This document shows positions 36,933-46,298 of a stretch of DNA of 64,000 nt, one piece after another; the first letter of the stretch is position 1, and each line of letters opens with the position of its first letter. The DNA comes from Candidatus Poseidoniales archaeon. Its GTDB lineage: Archaea; Thermoplasmatota; Poseidoniia; Poseidoniales; Poseidoniaceae. The notes under the pieces are model-generated. The model did no database searches. It saw nothing but the letters and a program-made list of their open reading frames with translations, and was not told the DNA's origin. The stretch spans positions 7,753 to 71,752 of the forward strand of contig QQRY01000040.1 of the NCBI GenBank assembly GCA_003602575.1. Direction: 5' to 3'. A program made the position numbers and the translations under genes.

Positions 36933-39792
36933 TGACCTAACTTCAAAATATGAAATGATTAGAGGGTTAATTGTGGAAGTAGGTTCTAAAGCTAAATCGT
37001 TGAGAGTTTTTGGCATTTGTTTGCTATTATTGCTTACATCTACCGCTAGTTCTGTTAGTGGACAACAGGTTGAGGAAGATCAGAATTTTCAACCTACTCA
37101 CACAGCAACTGATTTTCCAGTTTCTTGGGGCGAATTTACTTTAACAGGCGATTCAATTCGAATTATATATCCGGCAATGAATGATGGTGAGTCTAAAGAT
37201 ATGGCTGGCAATGGTCCGTTCACATGGGTCGTATTTTTTGGAGATATCGAGGAAGATATTTCGGATTATATGTTGATTTCCTCAGAACTAGCAAAGAGGG
37301 GAAATATCGTTGTTGTTACCCAAGGTGTTGAAGCAGATGATTCTGATAATCTTCAAGAACATTTGGTATTATTAGAAAAAGTGATGCTTTTCATGGAGGA
37401 AAATAATAATTCGAATAATAACATTCAAGGTAGTTTTGGCCAAATCGATTTGAAACACTGGGGCATTGGAGGCCATGGGACAGGTGCAGCAGCGGCATAT
37501 TCTGCCTACCCATTTTGGCATCAATCTTCACTCGCTTCTAGCACTCAGCCACCAAGAGCATTATTTGGTTTAGGGACTGATTTTTCAGGCTGGGACGCAG
37601 GTCAAGATTGGGATTCACTTAGACCGGCTGGGTGGACAGTAGAGCCAGCATGGCCCAAAACCGCTCTTTTCATGACTGGCACAATAGATGAAATCGCCAG
37701 AGGTCAAGATAATCTCCCATACATCAACGGAACCGATTTATTTGGATGGCAGTGGATGCATATTCTTGGAGCTAATCATTATCAGTTCCAAGACGAAACC
37801 GATGATGAATGGTTCTGGGAAGATGACCGAAATGACGGAGATGCTTCGCTTTCAAGGCAAGAACAAATCGACTATGCAGCCATGCATCTAAATCCATATT
37901 TGGATGTCACATTACGTGGAGACCATTCATTGTTTAGAGATGCTTTTAATCGTCAACAAGATTTATTCAACGCAAGCGACCAAGATTCCTATGTTGAAGA
38001 TGACTTGGATGGAAGTCACATGCTGCTGTTAGAAAACACATCAATATCTCCAAATAATGTTACTGAATTTGGTACCTATGATACTTTTTCAATTCTTACT
38101 AACTGGACTTTAAGGGATGGTTCGAATTGGTCTGAGTTTCCATCAAGTTGGCAAATTGATGTAGATTGTGGGATAAATAATTTACAACAAAGTGTTGGTT
38201 ATGTCGACTCTGAAGGAACTGCAATATGTGATTATCATGTTGAAAATATCGAGCCAGGGCAACATGTTGCTTACATGAGAATTTACGTCGAGGGGGCGCC
38301 ATCAACCACTGAATTTGAGTTTACTAGAGGCAATACTCCGCTGGTATTCATGACTCCTCTTCCTGAAATATTAGTGCCTGAGAGGGGTAGTGTTCATCTT
38401 GATTCAAACCTTATTGCAATGGACCCGGATGGCCAAGAAATATTCGTTATGAATGCTACAATAAGTGGAGGTAACGTCAACAATTTCTCTGTTGAAGTTG
38501 ATTCAGATGGCAGGGGAATCACAGTATTCCATAATGTCGAAGGTGAATATATCGGAGGTGCTGAAGTCGATGTTGTTGTTCGTTCAGGTGGCCAAGGAGT
38601 CATTGATGAAAATCAAGTTACTTTGGAAATAATGGTAATTCCATTTAATGATAAGGTTGTACTAACTGGTACTGTTGCTATGCAAAACTTGATCGAAGAC
38701 GGCAATTCTGTACTTGTCAATATTTCTGAGTATGCATATGACCCAGAAGGCCAGCCATTGCTTGCATCGATAAATGATGCTACTGTTGGAGAGGCAGGTC
38801 CTATTGGATTTTCTTTTTCCAATGGAGTTCTAGAATTGACACCATTACAAGATGCTAATGGGGCAACAGTTCTTCATGTTCGAGTGACAGATGGTGATAG
38901 TGAGCCTGTCGATGTAGATATTCCGGTACAAGTTGAGCCAGTTGATGATGCTGTAAAAGCAAATCAATCGATGTGGAGTATTGAGATTGATGAAGATGAA
39001 TCACTATCATTTGATCTAACTCAGTTTGCATGGGATATTGATGGTGACCAGTTGCAATGGCAAACAAGTCCAGTGATTTCAGACCCTTCACTATCAGTAG
39101 TGGTTTCAGGTGATGAAATGATAGTTTCACCAAATATTGATGTTAATGGTCTTAATCAATTACATTGGCTGAATGTGAGTGATGGAAATTCAGAATTTTC
39201 ATATCCTCTTTCAATCAATATAACCCCAGTTCCAGATGCTCCAATTCTGACTCTATATGATGTGAATGTCATCGATAATACTGCAGTTAGTCTAGCTTGG
39301 TGGATTTATGATGCTGATGGAACAGATGCCCCAGATCCAGAGATTAAAGCTGATGATATTTTATTAGAAAACTTGACACACTCCTGTATTATTGACCAGA
39401 GTGATGGTAAATATCAATGTGTTACAATGCTACTTATTCCTGATAATCATGACGACAATGTATCACTTCGAGTGGCAGTAACCGACCCAGATTTCTCCTC
39501 TGAATTTGTTGTATATACCAACATAAACTACAATCAGACGACAATTGTGGATTCAGTTGAAGAAACATCTGAGTCTGAATCCCTCTCATCGGGAGTAATA
39601 ATTGGAATAATTGGGGCACTGGTGGTTCTGATTTTGATATTATTCTTATTCATCAGGACATCTAGCAATTCTCCTTCAGCAGTTGTTGGAATCGATAATA
39701 AAAAGGAAATCAGTATTGTTGAAGAAGAACTCGATGTAGACCTAAGTCCATCTGGGCTTCTTTCAAGAATTCAACAGAATAACAAAGATTAG
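36925..39792 (+). CDS. TM-anchored surface protein: alpha/beta-hydrolase-like N-domain (nucleophile Ser replaced by Gly) plus cadherin-like repeats
   Basis: 955 aa. The signal-like segment is SLRVFGICLLLLLTSTASSVSG. The dienelactone-hydrolase/cutinase-like pattern is PFTWVVFFGD...LAKRGNIVVV...HWGIGGHGTGAAAA. Repeat boundaries are IPFNDKV, VEPVDDAV and TPVPDAP. The C-terminal TM is VIIGIIGALVVLILILFLFI. An alternative start is the Met at 36955. Confidence 0.6.
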   Translation: MHDDLTSKYEMIRGLIVEVGSKAKSLRVFGICLLLLLTSTASSVSGQQVEEDQNFQPTHTATDFPVSWGEFTLTGDSIRIIYPAMNDGESKDMAGNGPFTWVVFFGDIEEDISDYMLISSELAKRGNIVVVTQGVEADDSDNLQEHLVLLEKVMLFMEENNNSNNNIQGSFGQIDLKHWGIGGHGTGAAAAYSAYPFWHQSSLASSTQPPRALFGLGTDFSGWDAGQDWDSLRPAGWTVEPAWPKTALFMTGTIDEIARGQDNLPYINGTDLFGWQWMHILGANHYQFQDETDDEWFWEDDRNDGDASLSRQEQIDYAAMHLNPYLDVTLRGDHSLFRDAFNRQQDLFNASDQDSYVEDDLDGSHMLLLENTSISPNNVTEFGTYDTFSILTNWTLRDGSNWSEFPSSWQIDVDCGINNLQQSVGYVDSEGTAICDYHVENIEPGQHVAYMRIYVEGAPSTTEFEFTRGNTPLVFMTPLPEILVPERGSVHLDSNLIAMDPDGQEIFVMNATISGGNVNNFSVEVDSDGRGITVFHNVEGEYIGGAEVDVVVRSGGQGVIDENQVTLEIMVIPFNDKVVLTGTVAMQNLIEDGNSVLVNISEYAYDPEGQPLLASINDATVGEAGPIGFSFSNGVLELTPLQDANGATVLHVRVTDGDSEPVDVDIPVQVEPVDDAVKANQSMWSIEIDEDESLSFDLTQFAWDIDGDQLQWQTSPVISDPSLSVVVSGDEMIVSPNIDVNGLNQLHWLNVSDGNSEFSYPLSINITPVPDAPILTLYDVNVIDNTAVSLAWWIYDADGTDAPDPEIKADDILLENLTHSCIIDQSDGKYQCVTMLLIPDNHDDNVSLRVAVTDPDFSSEFVVYTNINYNQTTIVDSVEETSESESLSSGVIIGIIGALVVLILILFLFIRTSSNSPSAVVGIDNKKEISIVEEELDVDLSPSGLLSRIQQNNKD

Positions 39793-41348
39793 AGTGGAAT
39801 GTTTCCGTGCTTCTTTGGTGGACTCCATTCTCGCTTTGAGCGCAGTATATTCAATGCCCTACAAAGCCTTAGCCGACTCTCATTTGGTTCGATGACATCG
39901 TCTAACCAACCATTTCTTGCAGCCACATATGGGTCGCCAAATTTAGCCTTATATTCGTCGACTAATCTTAATCTGACATCTTCTTTTTCTGAATCTTCAA
40001 CAGCATTTATCTCTCTACGATGAATGATATTAACGGCACCTTCTGCTCCCATTACAGCAAGTTCAGCAGTTGGCCATGCTATATTGTAATCGCTTCTAAG
40101 GTGCTTACAAGACATAGCGAGGTATGCTCCTCCGTAGGCTTTTCTAGTGACTAATGTCAACTTTGGAACAGTTGCTTCTGCATAGGCAAAAAGCAATTTT
40201 GCACCATGTCTAATTATCCCGCCCCATTCTTGTACGACCCCTGGTAAGAATCCTGGGACGTCTTCAAAAGTGACTAGTGGGATATTGAAAGCATCACAAG
40301 TCCTAATGAATCGAGCCGCTTTAATCGAGGCATCGATGTCTAAACAACCAGCGAGAACCTTTGGTTGATTTCCTACAACTCCGACACTTCTGCCGTTTAA
40401 TCGAGCAAATCCAATAATGATATTGTCTGCATATGCTTCGAATAATTCAAGAAAAATTCCATCGTCTACAATTTCTTCGACAACCTTGACCATGTCATAA
40501 GGGCGATTCGGATTGTCAGGTACCAATTCTTCTAATGTAGGATTTAATCTATCAATTGGATCAGCAGTCTCACAGAATGGTGGGTCTGCCATATTGTGGT
40601 CGGGTAAGAATCCCAAAATCTCAGATGCTAATTCGCATGCGTCTTCTTCATCATCTGCGATTAAACATGCGATTCCAGAGCGAGATGCGTGAAGGTTTGC
40701 TCCTCCAAGGCCTTGCGAGTCTATTTCGCCTTGAATTACCTCAGGAGTTTCTAGTGGCGAGGACAAGAATAATTGTCCATGCTCTTCGCCTAGTATAGTG
40801 AAATCAGCAAGACTTGCTGCCAATGCTGAAACACCAACAACTGGACCCAATACCAAACTTATCAATGGGATTCTACCGCTGCATTGAACTAACCTGTCGA
40901 GAAGTTCTCCGGTACCTGCTAAGCCTGAAACACCGTCATGAGCACGTTGACCCCCGCCATCCCACATTCCAATGATTGGAGCTTTTGCACGTTCCGCCAT
41001 CTCTACGATTTTTGCGATTTTCTTTGCATGTACTTCACCCATACTACCGCCATGGACGCTGAAATCTTGTGCGAAGCAATATACACGTCTGCCGTCGATT
41101 GTTCCATGACCGGCCACTACGCCATCACCCAAAGTATGGTGTAAGAACATAGCATGGTCAACGGTTCGATGAGTTACAAATGAGTCAATTTCAATGAATG
41201 ATTCTTCATCGAGTAGCATAGAGATTCTATCTCTAGCAGTGCCTCTTCCAGACATTCGAATGGCTTCTTGTTTTTTCAAGCCGCCTCCAACTCTTGCTTG
41301 TTCTCTTTTGTATCTCAGTTCCTCTAGGCTTTGTTGGTTCTTTGACAT
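39789..41348 (-). CDS. Acyl-CoA carboxylase carboxyltransferase subunit (propionyl-CoA carboxylase beta / methylmalonyl-CoA carboxyltransferase family)
   Basis: 519 aa. The protein matches the family along its full length: KQEAIRMSGRGTARDRISMLLDEESFIEIDSFV..., ...GGSMGEVHAKKIAKIVE... and ...PLVTFEDVPGFLPGVVQEWGGIIRHGAKLL. Confidence 0.9.
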   Translation of the reverse strand: MSKNQQSLEELRYKREQARVGGGLKKQEAIRMSGRGTARDRISMLLDEESFIEIDSFVTHRTVDHAMFLHHTLGDGVVAGHGTIDGRRVYCFAQDFSVHGGSMGEVHAKKIAKIVEMAERAKAPIIGMWDGGGQRAHDGVSGLAGTGELLDRLVQCSGRIPLISLVLGPVVGVSALAASLADFTILGEEHGQLFLSSPLETPEVIQGEIDSQGLGGANLHASRSGIACLIADDEEDACELASEILGFLPDHNMADPPFCETADPIDRLNPTLEELVPDNPNRPYDMVKVVEEIVDDGIFLELFEAYADNIIIGFARLNGRSVGVVGNQPKVLAGCLDIDASIKAARFIRTCDAFNIPLVTFEDVPGFLPGVVQEWGGIIRHGAKLLFAYAEATVPKLTLVTRKAYGGAYLAMSCKHLRSDYNIAWPTAELAVMGAEGAVNIIHRREINAVEDSEKEDVRLRLVDEYKAKFGDPYVAARNGWLDDVIEPNESRLRLCRALNILRSKREWSPPKKHGNIPL

Positions 41349-41359
41349 TCTTTCACCTC

Positions 41360-42715
41360 CTATTCTATTAATAAAATATTATTTTCTCCACAAAGGTTTG
41401 CTTCCATTGCTTGTTTTATCTCCATATCATTGGATAATGCCCAGTGTACTTTCACTATCACAGTATCTGGAGAACTTACACTTCCATGGCCTAAAATTCC
41501 CATAGCGATTTGTTTTCTTCCCTTTGAATAAACATTCATGTCAATAGGTCCATTGATGCATTGAGAAGTAATTATCACCGGAATGTTTCGGTTAATACAT
41601 CTGGTTAAAGCACGCCATACCTTGGTATTTTCAGGGGCATCATTTTCTGGGTCGTCAATTGGTAAATGACCAAGTCCAGTGCCATGGATAATCATGGCTT
41701 GTGGAGATGTTAGAATTACTGCTTCAATCTCTTCTTCATGGAGCCACGGGCCTGCCATAAACTGAACAATCCTAACCGTGGTCGAATATTTTGTAGGTTT
41801 GGTACAAATCTCACGATTGTTTTCTGCCAGAAGAGTTTCGTAATCGCTAGTTAATTCCATGCTCAAATTATCTGAATTGGCACTGATGAAGCCTAAAGGT
41901 TGGCTGTTTACTGGCTTGAATGCGTCTCTTTTTGTGGAGTGTAATTTTCTAACGCCAACTCCTGTATGAACCGAACATGTTCCATCGTTGGAACTAGAAT
42001 GCATAACTACAACAGTTGAATCACCGGCAATTCCACATGGCTTTGGAGCATTTGCGGCCCAATATACTGCAGCAATCAAGTTTTCAGCAGCATCTGATGA
42101 ACCTCTGTCCGAAGAACGTTGAGAACCAACCATTGCAATAGGCCCTGGTGGTGCTTGCCCTTTACCGGCCCAAGCGAAGTTTAATGCAGCAGATGTGATG
42201 TGTAATGTATCTGTTCCGTGAGTGATAACGACACCGTCACAACCATCGTCAAAAGCCTTCTTACTTGCATCGATCATCTTGTTCCAATGCTGGCAACGGA
42301 TGTCATCGCTGAACATATTGCCTAGTTTTTCAGCTTCAATATTTGCTATTTCAGCAAGTTCAGGGACACTGGCTACAAGTTCATGTGGTTCGAATCTTGC
42401 TACAACCGCTCCGGTTTTGTAATCGACCTTGGATGCTATTGTACCCCCTGTGTGAAGGATTCGAATCCGTGGTAATTTAGAGTTGTATTGAATTTCACGC
42501 TGTTCAGTGCTTTGTTCAACCTCTTTTTGTGAATCTATTACTTCTATCTCTTTTATCTCTTCAAGAAGATAACTGGCATTGTATCCATTGATTAATTTTA
42601 GAGTGAGATAACCTTTCGATGCTTGGTGAAGAACAATACCTTCGAAATTAGTTGTGCCATTATGGCTTTCAACCTCGATTCGGACCTTTAATCCGACCTC
42701 GGGCATTTCAACCAT
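41360..42715 (-). CDS. gatD: Glutamyl-tRNA(Gln) amidotransferase subunit D
   Basis: 451 aa. A GatD-specific N-terminal domain precedes an asparaginase-type domain (RILHTGGTIASKVDYKTGAV, VVITHGTDTL). GGAGG lies 3 nt upstream of the ATG. Confidence 0.85.
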   Translation of the reverse strand: MVEMPEVGLKVRIEVESHNGTTNFEGIVLHQASKGYLTLKLINGYNASYLLEEIKEIEVIDSQKEVEQSTEQREIQYNSKLPRIRILHTGGTIASKVDYKTGAVVARFEPHELVASVPELAEIANIEAEKLGNMFSDDIRCQHWNKMIDASKKAFDDGCDGVVITHGTDTLHITSAALNFAWAGKGQAPPGPIAMVGSQRSSDRGSSDAAENLIAAVYWAANAPKPCGIAGDSTVVVMHSSSNDGTCSVHTGVGVRKLHSTKRDAFKPVNSQPLGFISANSDNLSMELTSDYETLLAENNREICTKPTKYSTTVRIVQFMAGPWLHEEEIEAVILTSPQAMIIHGTGLGHLPIDDPENDAPENTKVWRALTRCINRNIPVIITSQCINGPIDMNVYSKGRKQIAMGILGHGSVSSPDTVIVKVHWALSNDMEIKQAMEANLCGENNILLIE

Positions 42716-42792
42716 GAACCTCCATAAATCGAAGGCTCATCAAGGGTTCGCTTTATTAGACGCTAGATTTGACGAATAATGAGAAAATGAAA

Positions 42793-45282
42793 TCACTGCG
42801 ATAGGTCTTTGACTTTCTCAACCAAATCCATTTTTCTCAGACGCCAAATTCCGATTGGAGTCATTGCTATGGCAATAATTATGACTCCACTCATAAGTTG
42901 GAATGCAACACTTGGGACGATGACTATCGGCACATAGAATTGCCAAGACGAAAAAGAAGCCGCTAGTCCAACTGCGCCTCCATAAGCGAAAAGCACTCCA
43001 ACAATTCCACCAATTGTCCCAATTAGTAGACTTTCAAACAGTAGCATTGAACCAAGCCTCTTGGTAGATGCTCCTAGTACACGTAACGTCGCTAGTTCGA
43101 AATCCCTTTCAGCAACATTCATGATCATAGTATTGAGCATTACAGCAATAGTGAATAAAAGTCCAAGATACATTATTGCTTGGAATACTTGTGTTTGCTG
43201 TTCGAGTAAAACATTGATTCCATCAAGTAGTACTTGACGTTCAATAATCCCGGCAGAAACTTCGCCAAGTTCAGTGTCAACTTCCACCCCATCTGGTAGT
43301 TGAAGATACACTGAAGTCGCATTGACTCCGGTTAAATCGCTCAGTTCAGCACGCAGGAAATACATTGTTCGAGCAATTTCGCCTCTTGAAATTCCAACAA
43401 CTAAAACTTCCTGCTCATCACCATTGAGGGACACAGTCTGCCTATCGCCGATATTCCAACCCAAGAATTCAATTGCTCCCTCATCCATCATCACTTCAGG
43501 AATCCCATTACTTTCACTCGGGGCTTTACCATCGATTACATTCACTTTTCGCATCCCATCATCGAAATCATTCAAACCTACAAGAGTAAACATTCGTTCA
43601 ATTCCATCCGAATCTTCAACATTTCCAAGTGGCATTTCGATGAGTAACTCACTTTCCGCTGAATTATTAGACGCCCATTCTAATACCGCGTCTTCACCAT
43701 CGGGAGTAACATATACTTGAGCATCCCAAGATTGATCTTCTTCTAGGCCACTGATGAGAGTATCTTCTAGCCCAGCAGACATCATTTGAATTGAGCCAAA
43801 TAGCATCAGTGAAATTCCAACAGCAAGGAAGGTCATACCAAGACGAATCGGTTTGCGAACACTCGAACGTATCGAAAGACCAAGAGTAGTTGGCATCCAA
43901 GAAGTAAGTTTTCTAAGGATGTTTGAACCAATTCTAATTTGATTCTGACCGCTTAGTACATCTAATGGTTCGAGACGACTGGCTTTCCAAGCTGGAAACG
44001 CTCCCGAAAGAAATACTACAATCATAGTTGGTAAAATTACACTTGAATAAGTCGCAATAGGAATGGTACGTTCAGTGATTGGGACTCCAACTATATCTTG
44101 ATAGAAATCTAGCATCCCATTCATACCCCAAGGTCCTATGAGAATTCCGATAAAACAACCAACTGCTCCAATAACCAGAGGGGCAATCAAGTATCCCTGC
44201 ATGAGTGATAGTCGAGGTACACCAAGTGTTCTAAGAACTGCAATTTCTTTGGCCTGACTTTGAACTAAACGTTGTAGGCTCAGTACAATAGTGATAGATG
44301 CTATGGCTGCAATCATTACGGTGAAGGGAATGGTTGCTCTCTTTGCACCTTCCAAGTCTTGACGCATTACCTCAACTGCTTCATTTTGGCCTCGATCACG
44401 AACTCTCGCATCTAAATCGGATTGATTCAACGAGTCATCAACAAGAGATTTGACTAAATCTATTTCTTCTCCCTCGTATTCTTCAGTATCTGGTAAATCA
44501 AAAGAAGGTGTTCCCTCAATGTCAAGGAGAATTGTATTGCTAGAACCGAGTTCGTTTCCAGTTAGTCTTGCCATTCCTGAATCAGAAAGATATCCAACAA
44601 CATATTGGCCTGCTTCAGGTGGAAATAGAGATCCTTCTGGTGCCATCAATATATGCAGGGGATGATATCCTATGCCGACCAACTGGAATTCCATACTTTC
44701 GGTCCCTGCTCCAATAGTTATGTCATCTCCAATACTCAAATCAAGAGCATCACTAACGTGTGCATCAATTACAATTTCATTTGCAGCAGATGCAACTCTG
44801 CCCTCACTGTGTCCACTAGGCATCCAAACTCTGTCAGAGTTTGCATCAGCAGGAATCCCATGCCATAGTGAATTGATTATTTGTTCTCCATTACTGTCAT
44901 TGTGAAACAATGCGCCTTGGATTACAGTTCTTCCTTCACATGAATCAAGCTCACCAGTTACGCTATTATCCCATGAATCATTCAGTGATTGACAAAAACT
45001 ACTGACTTGTTCGGCTGACCAAATTGAACTTCGATTATCTATCCACAAATCTGCAAGATTTGCTCCTTCTTCATCATCACCATGCATTGTATCATACATG
45101 CCCTCAAGATTATGCGAATAACCTCCAAAAGTAATTCCAGCAAATACACCGACAGAAACCATGAAAATAACTGCAAATAGTCGCAGTTTAGTTCTCCAAA
45201 GACTTCTTGCGAGTCTTTTATTGAGTAAACTTCGCTTGAATATGGACCCCACATTCGAGGTTGAATTGTCAGTTTGAGACAT
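42793..45282 (-). CDS. FtsX-family ABC permease (two FtsX modules)
   Basis: 829 aa. The two modules are ...QSQAKEIAVLRTLGVPRLSLMQGYLIAPLVIGAVGCFIG... and ...AERDFELATLRVLGASTKRLGSMLLFESLLIGTIGGIVG... Extracytoplasmic domains precede each module. Confidence 0.8.
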   Translation of the reverse strand: MSQTDNSTSNVGSIFKRSLLNKRLARSLWRTKLRLFAVIFMVSVGVFAGITFGGYSHNLEGMYDTMHGDDEEGANLADLWIDNRSSIWSAEQVSSFCQSLNDSWDNSVTGELDSCEGRTVIQGALFHNDSNGEQIINSLWHGIPADANSDRVWMPSGHSEGRVASAANEIVIDAHVSDALDLSIGDDITIGAGTESMEFQLVGIGYHPLHILMAPEGSLFPPEAGQYVVGYLSDSGMARLTGNELGSSNTILLDIEGTPSFDLPDTEEYEGEEIDLVKSLVDDSLNQSDLDARVRDRGQNEAVEVMRQDLEGAKRATIPFTVMIAAIASITIVLSLQRLVQSQAKEIAVLRTLGVPRLSLMQGYLIAPLVIGAVGCFIGILIGPWGMNGMLDFYQDIVGVPITERTIPIATYSSVILPTMIVVFLSGAFPAWKASRLEPLDVLSGQNQIRIGSNILRKLTSWMPTTLGLSIRSSVRKPIRLGMTFLAVGISLMLFGSIQMMSAGLEDTLISGLEEDQSWDAQVYVTPDGEDAVLEWASNNSAESELLIEMPLGNVEDSDGIERMFTLVGLNDFDDGMRKVNVIDGKAPSESNGIPEVMMDEGAIEFLGWNIGDRQTVSLNGDEQEVLVVGISRGEIARTMYFLRAELSDLTGVNATSVYLQLPDGVEVDTELGEVSAGIIERQVLLDGINVLLEQQTQVFQAIMYLGLLFTIAVMLNTMIMNVAERDFELATLRVLGASTKRLGSMLLFESLLIGTIGGIVGVLFAYGGAVGLAASFSSWQFYVPIVIVPSVAFQLMSGVIIIAIAMTPIGIWRLRKMDLVEKVKDLSQ

Positions 45283-45291
45283 ATTTACACC

Positions 45292-45978
45292 TCAGTTAGA
45301 GTTTACCGCTTCATCAGAAATAATTTTTCCACTGTCAATTCTAATAACTCGAGTGGCGTATTTTACTAAACCTTCATCATGAGTGACAAATATTGATGTG
45401 ATATTTTCTTGCTCACAAGCCTTGACCAATGCAGTCATTACTTTTTGTGAGGTTTCAGTGTCTAAGTTTCCAGTTAATTCATCACCGAGTAGAAGTGTTG
45501 GTCGCTTAGCGATACTTCTAGCAATTGCCACTCTTTGTTGCTGACCTCCACTAATCTCGCCTGGGAATCGATCAACTTCAGCCTCTAATCCAACAAGTTT
45601 GAGTAATTCCTTCGCACGCTTAGGGTCTTTATTGCCGGCTAATTCCTGAATCAGGAGAATATTTTCGAGAACAGATAAATCTTGTAGCAAGTTGAAGAAC
45701 TGAAATACATATCCAATGTTCTCTCTTCTAAATGATGTCATCTTTTCAGAATGATTTCTTGGAACATCACTGCCCATGAATGTATAATCTCCTCCAGTTG
45801 GACTATCTAGTGCTGAAAAGCAATTCAAAAGAGTGGTTTTTCCTGAGCCTGATGGGCCAAGCAAGATTACCCGTTCACCTTCATTAATTTCTATGGTGAC
45901 TCCATCTAATGCTTTGACCACGCCAGCAGGGGTATCATAATGTCGTTGAATATTTTCCATTTTCAATAGAGTAGTCAT
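45292..45978 (-). CDS. ABC transporter ATP-binding protein (MacB/LolD-type)
   Basis: Walker A GPSGSGKTTLLN, signature ISGGQQQRVAIARS and Walker B LLGDELTGNLD. It lies upstream of and co-directional with the permease. Confidence 0.9.
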   Translation of the reverse strand: MTTLLKMENIQRHYDTPAGVVKALDGVTIEINEGERVILLGPSGSGKTTLLNCFSALDSPTGGDYTFMGSDVPRNHSEKMTSFRRENIGYVFQFFNLLQDLSVLENILLIQELAGNKDPKRAKELLKLVGLEAEVDRFPGEISGGQQQRVAIARSIAKRPTLLLGDELTGNLDTETSQKVMTALVKACEQENITSIFVTHDEGLVKYATRVIRIDSGKIISDEAVNSN

Positions 45979-46100
45979 AGTCTCACTTCCAATTAAGTTC
46001 CTACAAGGATGCCTAACGTAGGTTGGATATAAGTTAATGGCATATAGAGTTCAACAATTCACCCAGCTCCGCCGCACCAAGTGATACTGGCTACTAGTTA

Positions 46101-46230
46101 TGGTGCCGGGAGCGGGGCTTGAACCCGCGACCTTCGGATGTCTCAGACACCGCAAGGAGATTGCACGTCATACGATTGCCTTGTAGGCTGCCCTATGAGT
46201 CCGACGCGCCACCAACTACGCCACCCCGGC
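46101..46230 (-). tRNA. Intron-containing tRNA with CAU anticodon (elongator tRNA-Met; tRNA-Ile2 not excluded), CCA encoded
   Basis: Hand fold of the minus strand. The acceptor stem is GCCGGGG/TCCCGGC and the D arm is GCGT-AGTTGGTG-GCGC. The anticodon stem is TCGGA/TCCGA with loop CTCATA|intron|A. The T arm is GCGGG-TTCAAGC-CCCGC, then A and CCA. The mature length is 76 nt. The anticodon stem lacks the three G-C pairs of an initiator tRNA. Confidence 0.85.
46140..46193 (-). other. 54-nt tRNA intron at the canonical 37/38 position with a bulge-helix-bulge splice motif
   Basis: The intron reads GGGCAGCCTACAAGGCAATCGTATGACGTGCAATCTCCTTGCGGTGTCTGAGAC. A 4-bp helix (CTCA:TGAG) is flanked by 3-nt bulges (TA|G and AC|A) on opposite strands. 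An outer helix (GGCA:TGTC) follows. This is the hBHBh' substrate of the archaeal splicing endonuclease. Confidence 0.75.
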
Positions 46231-46298
46231 TTGATTCGGCGTGTGGCACTTACTCTTTGAATAATGCGGAGGATTTTCAACTCTAGAATGTCAAAAAC

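Noticed and set aside
46011-46187. 9-nt inverted match (CCTACAAGG at about 46011-46019 against CCTTGTAGG in the tRNA intron at about 46179-46187) that could pair the pre-tRNA trailer with the intron.
   Set aside because: The match is exactly 9 nt and does not extend on either side. Chance occurrence is plausible at the few-percent level. There is no supporting structure.
46140-46193. Possible box C/D guide sRNA embedded in the tRNA intron, as in haloarchaeal pre-tRNA-Trp.
   Set aside because: There is only one CUGA (D-box-like) near the 3' end and no RUGAUGA C box near the 5' end. There are no internal C'/D' boxes, and 54 nt is short for this. The CUGA is already explained as part of the BHB helix.
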